Shown: piece after piece, positions 15,878-22,850 of the stretch
How positions within the stretch are numbered: the stretch's first letter is position 1
Layout: the number at the start of each line of letters is the position of its first letter
Source of the DNA: a virus
Lineage: Duplodnaviria; Caudoviricetes
Virus record (IMG/VR): IMGVR_UViG_3300032332_000488
Location: 1-34,185 of that record
Reading direction: 5' to 3' (one strand)
Length of the DNA stretch: 34,185 nucleotides
Made by a program: the position numbers and the translations under genes
The notes under the pieces: generated by a model
The model's input: the letters and a program-made list of their open reading frames with translations, nothing else
Told to the model about the DNA's origin: nothing
Database searches by the model: none

Positions 15878-16479
15878 GGGTATTGGTTGCCTGTGAATAC
15901 TCTGGCACTGTCAGGGATGCCTTCATTCGTGCTGGGCACTATGCGGCATCCTGTGACATATTGCCCTCTGAATCGCCCCTGGGTGACCACTATCAATGCA
16001 GTGTGCTGGACATACTAGACCATGATTGGGATTTGATGATTGCTCACCCACCATGCACTCACCTGGCAGTATCAGGGGTTAGATGGTTTAAGGATAAACA
16101 ACAAGAGCAGCAACAAGCCTTAGAGTTTGTCCGTCAGCTACTGAATGCCCCTATATCCCACATTGCATTGGAAAACCCTGTCAGCATCATTTCAAGCCAC
16201 ATTAGAAAGCCTGACCAAATTATTCAGCCTTGGATGTTTGGACATGAAGCAACAAAGACAACCTGCCTGTGGCTTAAAGGTTTGCCCCATTTGATTCCCA
16301 CAAATGTAGTAAACAAAGGGGATAGACACATAACCAAAAGTGGCAAGAGTTTGCCATCATGGTACAACTTGCCCCCAAGTGCTGACCGATGGAAGATTCG
16401 TAGCGCAACCTTCAAAGGCATTGCAAATGCTATGGCTGAACAATGGGGTATTGACAGCCCCCAAAAAGGTTTGATATGA
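15874..16479 (+). CDS. DNA cytosine methyltransferase-like protein
   Basis: MRVLVACEYSG (motif I-like), DLMIAHPPCT (catalytic PC), IALENP. Confidence 0.75.
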   Translation: MRVLVACEYSGTVRDAFIRAGHYAASCDILPSESPLGDHYQCSVLDILDHDWDLMIAHPPCTHLAVSGVRWFKDKQQEQQQALEFVRQLLNAPISHIALENPVSIISSHIRKPDQIIQPWMFGHEATKTTCLWLKGLPHLIPTNVVNKGDRHITKSGKSLPSWYNLPPSADRWKIRSATFKGIANAMAEQWGIDSPQKGLI

Positions 16480-16480
16480 T
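16451..16480 (+). promoter_or_regulatory. Sigma70-like promoter driving the structured RNA region
   Basis: TTGACA-N18-TATGAT with an extended -10 TG. Confidence 0.7.
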
Positions 16481-16487
16481 TTCCCCC

Positions 16488-16578
16488 GTTGTCGTCGTAG
16501 TCAACACCATGAAGCCGTTTACACATGCCTCGCCCCGTTATGGGGAACTACGACGGGGCAGTTGTAAGCGGCTTTTTT
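16488..16578 (+). ncRNA. CI/C4-like antisense/attenuator RNA with upstream target hairpin
   Basis: Hairpin loop CGTCGTAGT (16493-16501) is complementary to ACTACGACG (16547-16555) in a fold with a 12-bp stalk, CA/GT internal loop, 7-bp stem, side hairpin and terminal T run. Confidence 0.7.
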
Positions 16579-16595
16579 GTTGCCCCAACTACATC

Positions 16596-16824
16596 CGTAC
16601 CCCATACGTTAACAAGCACCTACATGGGTGGCGTGGGAGAGAACATAGGGCAGCGTTACACCCCGCTGATAACCCTCGCAGACTGTGTGCGTGGTACTGC
16701 AAAAGACAGGGGGACATGGTGAGACAAGACCCCTATCGAATGAAACGCACCCTCAAGGGGAAGCTGGCGGGCATAGCCCGTGGGCTTAAGGGAGAGGCTT
16801 CTCACCCTTGGGGAACCTATGCCT
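16596..16824 (+). ncRNA. Hairpin-dense non-coding tract (candidate structured RNA or origin)
   Basis: At least seven consecutive stem-loops and no convincing ORF. Confidence 0.5.
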
Positions 16825-16839
16825 GAAAGGAACTGACCC

Positions 16840-17034
16840 ATGAACGTACAGCAAGCTCAGAGAATACTAGCCCGACACAAAGAGGGTGATGTTTACCCCC
16901 AATGGGTAATCAACACAGCCCTATACATCACAGGAGACATTGATGAAATGCCCACTATGCCAAGCCCCCACAGAGGTGGTGACCAGCAGACTGAGACAAG
17001 CAAACTACATTTACCGCCGGAGGATATGTTTTAA
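16840..17034 (+). CDS. Hypothetical protein
   Basis: SD AAGGA; IN.AL..TGD motif; 3' part overlaps the next gene. Confidence 0.6.
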   Translation: MNVQQAQRILARHKEGDVYPQWVINTALYITGDIDEMPTMPSPHRGGDQQTETSKLHLPPEDMF

Positions 17035-17122
17035 CCAACATTACTTCTCCACCCAGGAGATAGCAGTAACAGCCCCTAGCCCCAAACTCAAGAGAGGAAG
17101 ACCCCGCAATGAAAGACCCTAA
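16943..17122 (+). CDS. Zinc-ribbon protein (NrdR N-terminal/Ogr-like), putative transcription regulator
   Basis: MKCPLC..PT.V..SR.......RRRIC...H.FST.E; C-terminal KRGRPR AT-hook-like; SD AGGAG. Confidence 0.7.
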   Translation: MKCPLCQAPTEVVTSRLRQANYIYRRRICFNQHYFSTQEIAVTAPSPKLKRGRPRNERP

Positions 17123-17315
17123 CGATTGCACCTATCCCCACACAAACCTATGTCTGCATGATTGTGTAGGGGGTTGCGCCAAGCGTAGCCCCCAGCGTAG
17201 CGGCTGGCGCAAGTTGCAGATAGAGGACGCAGAAGAAGAAGCATGGAGGGAGTTAACCAACAAACAAGGTTCTCTCCCCAGCTACCAAGAGTGGACTAAG
17301 AAGGAGAACACATGA
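17109..17315 (+). CDS. Cys-rich hypothetical protein
   Basis: 68 aa; SD GAGGA. Confidence 0.6.
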   Translation: MKDPNDCTYPHTNLCLHDCVGGCAKRSPQRSGWRKLQIEDAEEEAWRELTNKQGSLPSYQEWTKKENT

Positions 17316-17464
17316 AAGCAAGACAAGTTTTTATCGCCCTGATGATGGGCAAGGGATACACAGTGGAGGAGCTGGCCTGGGAAGGCAGGAAGTTCTCTAA
17401 CCCCGCTATCACTACCCGCTGGAACTATTTCCTCATGGGCTGGGAAATGAGAGGCACACAGTGA
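17312..17464 (+). CDS. Hypothetical protein (50 aa)
   Basis: MKARQVFIALMMGKGY...RWNYFLMGWEMRGTQ; SD AAGGAG; ATGA overlap. Confidence 0.7.
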   Translation: MKARQVFIALMMGKGYTVEELAWEGRKFSNPAITTRWNYFLMGWEMRGTQ

Positions 17465-17529
17465 ACCTACGCAAACTCAGACTACGACACCACACATTGT
17501 TTGAACACAGAGACAGGAGGGTAAACACC

Positions 17530-17558
17530 TACACACACTAACCAAATAACTGTATAAT
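17530..17558 (+). promoter_or_regulatory. Promoter for the recombination module
   Basis: TACACA-N17-TATAAT in an intergenic gap. Confidence 0.5.
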
Positions 17559-17592
17559 TTAATCTCACCCTAACCTTAAAAGGAAGTTCCAA

Positions 17593-17808
17593 ATGAAATT
17601 CTGTATTGATTGCAAACATTTTGCGATGGAGAAGCACTCCATCAACCCTGAGGTTGGCAGATGCACCGTCATACGTGCCACAAGCCTTGTAACGGGGCTT
17701 ATCGTGCCTCTTGATACATTGCCCTTCTGCGCCATACAACGCTGCTCTACCAAGCCCTGCGGCCCTGATGCAAATCTGTTTGAAGAGAAGGAGGCCAGCA
17801 ATGTCTGA
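17593..17808 (+). CDS. Cys-rich small protein
   Basis: MKFCIDCKHF...C...C...R....CGPDA.LFE; SD AAGGA. Confidence 0.7.
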   Translation: MKFCIDCKHFAMEKHSINPEVGRCTVIRATSLVTGLIVPLDTLPFCAIQRCSTKPCGPDANLFEEKEASNV

Positions 17809-18694
17809 CTTCAGCCCTGAAACAAGAAACTCAGCATGGTGGTCAGGAGACAGTCGCCGTGCTGCCAGTGGCAAAGCCAACGAGGTCATACTCACAAAGC
17901 AGGGCAAGATGGAGATTCCAGACCTGTCCGGCATAGAAGCTGTGCAGATGGGACACGTGATGGAGCCTGTCATCGCAAGCCTAGCCAGCGAGAAACTGGG
18001 TGTGCGGCTGGAGAAGATTGAGGAAGCTCTCACGCACCCTAAACATCCTTGGCTGAAATCACACTTTGACTACCACGGGAAACTCAATGGCGAAACTATC
18101 TTGGTTGAGTGTAAAAATTACAACGCTGCGGTTAGAAATAAGTTTGATGAAAGCGGCCTCATCCCTGCTGCTGACATGGCTCAGATTGTCCACGAAGCGG
18201 CGGTATACGGCGTACGGAAAATTTATCTGGCTGTGCTATTTGGTGGTCAAGAGTTTGTCCTTATTCCGTTTGAAATCACTGACGAGCAAAAAGAAGAACT
18301 TATCAAGCAGATGGCGGTCTACTGGGGGCACTGCCAAGCAGGAACTCAGCTACCGCCAGAGACTCCTGAACAGGCAAGACTGATATACCCCACAGGGCTG
18401 GACAACACCAAGATGGCCTCCAGGAGCGTAGAAGAGGCTTGCCGCACCCTTGCTATTGTCAAGGGTCAGATAAAGGCTCTAGAGGCCCAGGAAGCGGCTC
18501 TGATGACCCTTGTGCAAGGTTACATGGGGGAATGCAACCAACTCGCTACTTTTGACGGCTCTGTGCTGGCAACCTGGAAGAACGCTAAACACAGTGAGAA
18601 GTTTGACAGCAAGCTGTTTCAGTCTGCCATGCCGGATGTGTACGAGAAGTTTGTGGTCAACGTGCCGGGTTCACGGAGGTTCTTAGTCAAATGA
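17801..18694 (+). CDS. YqaJ-like (lambda-exonuclease family) nuclease
   Basis: GHVMEPVI, HPWLKSHFD, LVECKN and Q..H motifs; start at ATG 17801 behind AAGGAGG. Confidence 0.85.
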   Translation: MSDFSPETRNSAWWSGDSRRAASGKANEVILTKQGKMEIPDLSGIEAVQMGHVMEPVIASLASEKLGVRLEKIEEALTHPKHPWLKSHFDYHGKLNGETILVECKNYNAAVRNKFDESGLIPAADMAQIVHEAAVYGVRKIYLAVLFGGQEFVLIPFEITDEQKEELIKQMAVYWGHCQAGTQLPPETPEQARLIYPTGLDNTKMASRSVEEACRTLAIVKGQIKALEAQEAALMTLVQGYMGECNQLATFDGSVLATWKNAKHSEKFDSKLFQSAMPDVYEKFVVNVPGSRRFLVK

Positions 18695-18888
18695 AAGCCT
18701 ATCCCTTCATTCACAAGCACCCCACCACTGGCAACACCACGATGGCAGAGGGCGCTGACTTGCGTGACATATTTGCTGGTCTTGCCATGCAAAAACTTAT
18801 GGGGTCAGCCGATGTTGATGACTGCTGTAAGTCTGCTTTTATGTGGGCAGACGCAATGATGAAGGCCAGGGAGGTCAAGCATGACTAA
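18691..18888 (+). CDS. Conserved small phage protein (LRD.FAG.AMQ...ADAMM.AR type)
   Basis: Recognisable motif; ATGA overlap. Confidence 0.75.
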   Translation: MKAYPFIHKHPTTGNTTMAEGADLRDIFAGLAMQKLMGSADVDDCCKSAFMWADAMMKAREVKHD

Positions 18889-18961
18889 CTGGAGCATCTA
18901 CGTCATGGCCTTTTGTTCCCTGATTGAACTAACCATAACTGTATTGGAAAAACTACTATGA
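18881..18961 (+). CDS. 26-aa hydrophobic peptide
   Basis: SD GGAGG; MTNWSIYVMAFCSLIELTITVLEKLL; stop overlaps the HNH start (ATGA). Confidence 0.5.
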   Translation: MTNWSIYVMAFCSLIELTITVLEKLL

Positions 18962-19377
18962 AAGATATTGTTGGATATGAAGGGCTGTACGCAGTCACTG
19001 AAGATGGGATGGTGTGGGCTTACCCGAATAGGATTCACAAAGGAAAATTCCTAAAACCGTCTTTGAAAAAAGGTTATCCGTTTGTTTGTTTGTGTAAGGG
19101 TTCAGAGATAAAGCAATTTTCGATTCACCGTTTGGTTGCCGAAGCCTACTTGCCTAATTTTGACTCTTTGCCTCAAGTCAATCACATTGATAGCAACAAA
19201 GAAAACAACCATGTTTCTAACCTTGAATGGTGTAGCGCCAGCCAAAACAAAAAACATTCTTGGGATTCTGGAACATCATTTGTTACCCCAGCAAAAAGAG
19301 AGGCATCTCGCCGTAACGCTTACATAGCACACAACACCTGGAGAAATAAACATGAGCAACATCGTAGCGGTATCTGA
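18958..19377 (+). CDS. HNH homing endonuclease (NUMOD4-like N-terminus)
   Basis: KDIVGYEGLYAV, HRLVAEAY, VNHIDSNKENNHVSNLEW. Confidence 0.9.
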   Translation: MKDIVGYEGLYAVTEDGMVWAYPNRIHKGKFLKPSLKKGYPFVCLCKGSEIKQFSIHRLVAEAYLPNFDSLPQVNHIDSNKENNHVSNLEWCSASQNKKHSWDSGTSFVTPAKREASRRNAYIAHNTWRNKHEQHRSGI

Positions 19378-20206
19378 TATGCAGGTGATGGCAGAGTCCA
19401 TCGTTAAATCAAACTTCTATGGTTTCAAAACCAAAGAGCAAGTCATGGCTGTCATGCTTGTCGCACAAGCAGAAGGCAAACATCCTGCTACTGTTGTGCA
19501 AGAGTACGACATTATTCAGGGCAGACCAGCGTTGAAATCACAGGCTTTGCTTGCAAGATTTCAAATGGCTGGTGGCAAAGTGGAATGGCAAGAAGTATCT
19601 GCCAAGCGATGCTGCGGCACTTTTTCACATCCTCTGGGCGGCAGTCTCACGATTGAGTGGACGATTGAAATGGCAAGGCAAGCTGGTCTTGTTCGGGATA
19701 ATTCTGGATGGACTAAGTTTCCTGAAGACATGCTCTCTGCCAGGGTCATCAGTCGTGCTGTCCGCAAGGTTTACCCTGGTTGCATCTTGGGTCACTACGC
19801 AGTAGAAGAGGTCATGGATTTTGAGCCTCGCAAACCATTAAACATGGGGCCTGTAGAGCGAGTGGAAGAAGTGCAGGCAGAAGAAGTTGTGGCAGATGGG
19901 GCATATCACCTCTTCATTCCAGGCAACGACAAGCCGTATGCCAGCTACCACACCACAGACGAATGGATAGAGGGTTACTGCTTGATGGTTAACCGCATCT
20001 CTGTGTCACCTAAATTCTCTGATGCTGAGAAGACTGAGAAGCTGGACTTGTTGAAGCAGTCAAACTTACCCATCACCGCTGAGTTTGACGCATACACAAA
20101 CATCAAGCTGAAAGGCGAGATTGTCAAAGCTGGTGGGAGCATCACTCCCCCAAAGCCAGAACCCCTGCCACCAACAGGTTCGGAACTCAACGAGCCAATA
20201 TTTTGA
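19352..20206 (+). CDS. RecT/Bet-like single-strand annealing protein
   Basis: IIQGRPAL, W.K.PEDML.AR.ISRAVR..YP; partner of the YqaJ nuclease. Confidence 0.75.
   Translation: MSNIVAVSDMQVMAESIVKSNFYGFKTKEQVMAVMLVAQAEGKHPATVVQEYDIIQGRPALKSQALLARFQMAGGKVEWQEVSAKRCCGTFSHPLGGSLTIEWTIEMARQAGLVRDNSGWTKFPEDMLSARVISRAVRKVYPGCILGHYAVEEVMDFEPRKPLNMGPVERVEEVQAEEVVADGAYHLFIPGNDKPYASYHTTDEWIEGYCLMVNRISVSPKFSDAEKTEKLDLLKQSNLPITAEFDAYTNIKLKGEIVKAGGSITPPKPEPLPPTGSELNEPIF
20135..20181 (+). promoter_or_regulatory. Candidate -1 programmed ribosomal frameshift signal
   Basis: Internal SD-like GGGAG (20135-20139), in-frame heptamer C CCA AAG (20149-20155), 3' stem-loop 20159-20181. Confidence 0.55.
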
Positions 20207-20391
20207 ATCACCTGGAAAACATTGGGCCGCTAACACCCAGAGAGGCACTAGACAACTATGGCAGCTTCAGGTTGGCGGCACATATCGAATATCTCAGGCG
20301 GCAGGGATACCCAATCCACACTTCAATGGTTTCTCAAGGTGGCAAAGACTTTGCCAAATACTCACTACGAAAGGAAAACAATGGCCTCTAA
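20149..20391 (+). CDS. Winged helix-turn-helix domain (probably reached by frameshift from the annealase; alternative TTG start at 20203)
   Basis: GTQRANILNHL...GPLTPREAL..YG.FRLAAHI..LR..GY.I wHTH pattern begins upstream of the only start codon. Confidence 0.7.
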   Translation, partial: PKARTPATNRFGTQRANILNHLENIGPLTPREALDNYGSFRLAAHIEYLRRQGYPIHTSMVSQGGKDFAKYSLRKENNGL

Positions 20392-20680
20392 TCCACACCA
20401 AGAACAACCCGGCATGGGTGTGTGCTACTGGGAGGAAGAATCCCAGCGCAAGTCACCCAAAGGGCCAGACTTCAAAGGCTTTGTCGTTCTGGAAATGGAC
20501 TACAAAGCTGGCGAGAAGTTGAAGCTGGCACTGTGGCAAAAGCCTACCAGCCGGGGTTACAACCTGCTGGCAGTCAAGGAAGACAACTGGCTCAAGAAGA
20601 AGAAGCTGGAAGAGGGCAGACCTACAGAGGTTGCGCCTCGCTACAGTGTCAGAAAAGACGATAACGACATTCCCTTCTGA
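20381..20680 (+). CDS. SSB-like protein
   Basis: ATG 20381 with SD AAGGA; PDFKG motif and acidic DDNDIPF tail typical of SSBs. Confidence 0.6.
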   Translation: MASNPHQEQPGMGVCYWEEESQRKSPKGPDFKGFVVLEMDYKAGEKLKLALWQKPTSRGYNLLAVKEDNWLKKKKLEEGRPTEVAPRYSVRKDDNDIPF

Positions 20681-21003
20681 TGGCTAACAAAATCACACCT
20701 ACCCAGAGAAGTCTTGCGTACCTACGGGAGCAAGGATACTTAGTCGCAATTGTTGAACACTGGAATCCGTTTGCCAGGATACGACAAGACCTCTGGGGAT
20801 GGTGTGACCTCTTGTGCATCCGCAAAGGGGAAATTCTGGCTGTGCAAGTCACTGCAAGTGCCGTGTCTACCAGGATAAAGAAGATACAGGATTCAGATAC
20901 CGTGCAGCATGTGCGGGATGCTGGCATCCGTATAGAAGTGCATGGGTGGAGAAAATCCACTAAGACCAACAAGTATGTTTTAAGAATTGAGGATATATCG
21001 TGA
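20680..21003 (+). CDS. PD-(D/E)XK nuclease / Holliday-junction-resolvase-like protein
   Basis: LREQGY.V, DL.G.CDLL, LAVQVT pattern. Confidence 0.65.
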   Translation: MANKITPTQRSLAYLREQGYLVAIVEHWNPFARIRQDLWGWCDLLCIRKGEILAVQVTASAVSTRIKKIQDSDTVQHVRDAGIRIEVHGWRKSTKTNKYVLRIEDIS

Positions 21004-21191
21004 GCCAGCAACAAATTCAACCATCTCAGAAGTCTTTGGAAAAAGGGCGTAATGCCGTTGAGTACACTCAAAAGTTTCTCAACATGTCTCTCCAGGAAAT
21101 CTGGAACATTGCATACACATCCGGGTATGAAGATGCGATGGAGATTGTGAAAACAGACTTGCAGCCGGGAGCAACTTCAGCGCAAAGCTGA
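21000..21191 (+). CDS. Hypothetical protein
   Basis: GTGA coupling; 63 aa. Confidence 0.6.
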   Translation: MSQQQIQPSQKSLEKGRNAVEYTQKFLNMSLQEIWNIAYTSGYEDAMEIVKTDLQPGATSAQS

Positions 21192-21245
21192 GGGTTAGGC
21201 CTCTGCTGGCAGACCAGAGTTATCCCGACAGTCTGCCACCTAACC
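21166..21245 (+). promoter_or_regulatory. Structured RNA leader of the glycosyltransferase operon
   Basis: CGGGA/TCCCG closes two hairpins; junction GGTTAGG and loop TGGCAGAC together complement GTCTGCCACCTAACC (21231-21245) next to the SD. Confidence 0.6.
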
Positions 21246-21258
21246 AACAAGGAACACC

Positions 21259-22005
21259 ATGAGCAAAGCACACATCTTTATCGCAACCCCTATGTATGGC
21301 GGCATGTGTACCGGGTACTTCACCCAGTCACTGCTGACCGCCGCTGGGGTACTGCGCCAGCATGACTACGACATGAGCTTTAGCTGCATGTTTAACGAGA
21401 GCCTTATCCAGCGAGGCAGGAACGCACTTGCACACGGGTTCATGCAAAAGAAGGAAGCGACCCACTTAATGTTCATAGATGCAGATATTCGCTTCAATCC
21501 AGCAGACATTGTGAAGATGGTGGAAGCTGACGTTGATGTTATTTGTGGCATGTATCCCAAGAAGGAAATCAACTGGGCAGGTGTTGAGCAAGCCGTGAAA
21601 GAAGGTGTGCCGCAAGACCAGCTTAAGACCCGCACAGGTTCTCTAGTGGTTAATCTGGTGGACTATAAGGGTGCAGTCACTGTACCTGCTGACAAGCCTG
21701 TAGAGATATGGAATGGCGGTACAGGGTTCATGCTCATCAAGCGAGAGGTGCTGGAGAAGCTCTCTACCCTCATGCCAAGCTATGTCAATGACGTAACCTT
21801 CCTGGACGGCACTATCAAGCAAGACCGTATCGTTGAATACTTTGCTTGCGGAATTGAACCGGGTACAGAGCGCCTATTGTCAGAGGACTACTATTTCTGC
21901 ATCAAGTGCCGTGAGCATGGCATCAAGGTGTATGCCGCACCCTGGGCAGTCTTGGGCCACTTTGGGACATACTTGTTTGAGGGCGGCTTGCTGCCAGCGC
22001 CATGA
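21259..22005 (+). CDS. GT-A fold glycosyltransferase-like protein
   Basis: IATPMYGG, ESLIQRGRN, THLMFIDADI (DxD), GTGFMLIKREV, LSEDYYFC. Confidence 0.75.
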   Translation: MSKAHIFIATPMYGGMCTGYFTQSLLTAAGVLRQHDYDMSFSCMFNESLIQRGRNALAHGFMQKKEATHLMFIDADIRFNPADIVKMVEADVDVICGMYPKKEINWAGVEQAVKEGVPQDQLKTRTGSLVVNLVDYKGAVTVPADKPVEIWNGGTGFMLIKREVLEKLSTLMPSYVNDVTFLDGTIKQDRIVEYFACGIEPGTERLLSEDYYFCIKCREHGIKVYAAPWAVLGHFGTYLFEGGLLPAP

Positions 22006-22484
22006 CGATAGCTCTGGACTTGGGGTGCGGTAGCAGATACCGCAACCACTACAACGCTGACATTCTTACTGGGTTAGACCAGTTTCCCGTGGCTGACATA
22101 CAAGCTGACTTGGTGTGGGAGCCTATTCCTCTCGCAGACAATTCTTATGACTACATCACAGCGTTTGACTTCATAGAGCATATCCCACGGGTTGTCTATG
22201 TGGACAAACAAGCAAAGTACCCGTTCATAGACCTGATGAACGAGATATGGCGTGTGCTTGTGCCGGGCGGCCTGTTCTACTCATCTACTCCGGCATTCCC
22301 ACATCCAGCGGCTTTTCAAGACCCTACACATGTCAACATCATCACGCCAGATACCTGGGGTGAATACTTTGATGACAAGAAGCGGTGGGCCAGTGTGTAT
22401 GGCTTTAAGGGTGCATTTCACATTGAGAGCATGGGCTACTTAAACCAGCACTTGCAGTGTGAGATGCGGAAGGTCAGCGTCTAG
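22002..22484 (+). CDS. Class I SAM-dependent methyltransferase (type 11-like)
   Basis: LDLGCG, IEHIP, EIWRVLVPGG, DPTHV. Confidence 0.85.
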   Translation: MTIALDLGCGSRYRNHYNADILTGLDQFPVADIQADLVWEPIPLADNSYDYITAFDFIEHIPRVVYVDKQAKYPFIDLMNEIWRVLVPGGLFYSSTPAFPHPAAFQDPTHVNIITPDTWGEYFDDKKRWASVYGFKGAFHIESMGYLNQHLQCEMRKVSV

Positions 22485-22620
22485 CAGTCTCAGCAGAGCG
22501 CCGGAAGGCTTCCTTGGTGGGATAGCCTTTCTGCCCTCTCTTCTTTGCTGGCAGACCAGCAGCCCTGCGCCTATTGATGTTGAAGTACAAGCCACGTTTG
22601 GCTTTAGGTGTGTATGCCAT
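22474..22620 (-). CDS. 48-aa highly basic protein
   Basis: MAYTPKAKRGLYFNINRRRAAGLPAKKRGQKGYPTKEAFRRSAETARR; TAATG coupling; last gene of the minus block. Confidence 0.7.
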   Translation of the reverse strand: MAYTPKAKRGLYFNINRRRAAGLPAKKRGQKGYPTKEAFRRSAETARR

Positions 22621-22850
22621 TATCTGCATCCCCAGCGTTTACGAGCTGCTTTACCACGCTCACCTGTCCAGCTCTTGCTTCTGGCGCAGAACGACTTGTG
22701 ACGTGGGCCTGATTTGGTGGGAGCCTTCAGGTTGCTACCTGTGGCTCTGTTGGCCTTGGCTCTGCCTTTAGCAGTCAGGCCACCACCCTTTTTGACAGAC
22801 AGCTTCTCGCCTCTGCCAACACTTAAATTAGGAAACTTCTTTTTAGGCAT
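22620..22850 (-). CDS. Basic protein (GGLTAKGR...SFCAR...RWGC, DUF6321-like)
   Basis: Motif recognised from phage proteins; start at ATG 22850. Confidence 0.7.
   Translation of the reverse strand: MPKKKFPNLSVGRGEKLSVKKGGGLTAKGRAKANRATGSNLKAPTKSGPRHKSFCARSKSWTGERGKAARKRWGCR

Noticed and set aside
16476-16841. ORFs 16476..16826, 16525..16722 and 16656..16841 as proteins
   Set aside because: No good SD or recognisable motif, and they overlap a promoter, a terminator-like T run and dense RNA structure.
21846-21853. TTGCGGAA in the glycosyltransferase gene as the target of the orphan sRNA seed
   Set aside because: One 8-mer match is expected by chance in a genome this size, and it lies mid-gene in no evident regulatory context.
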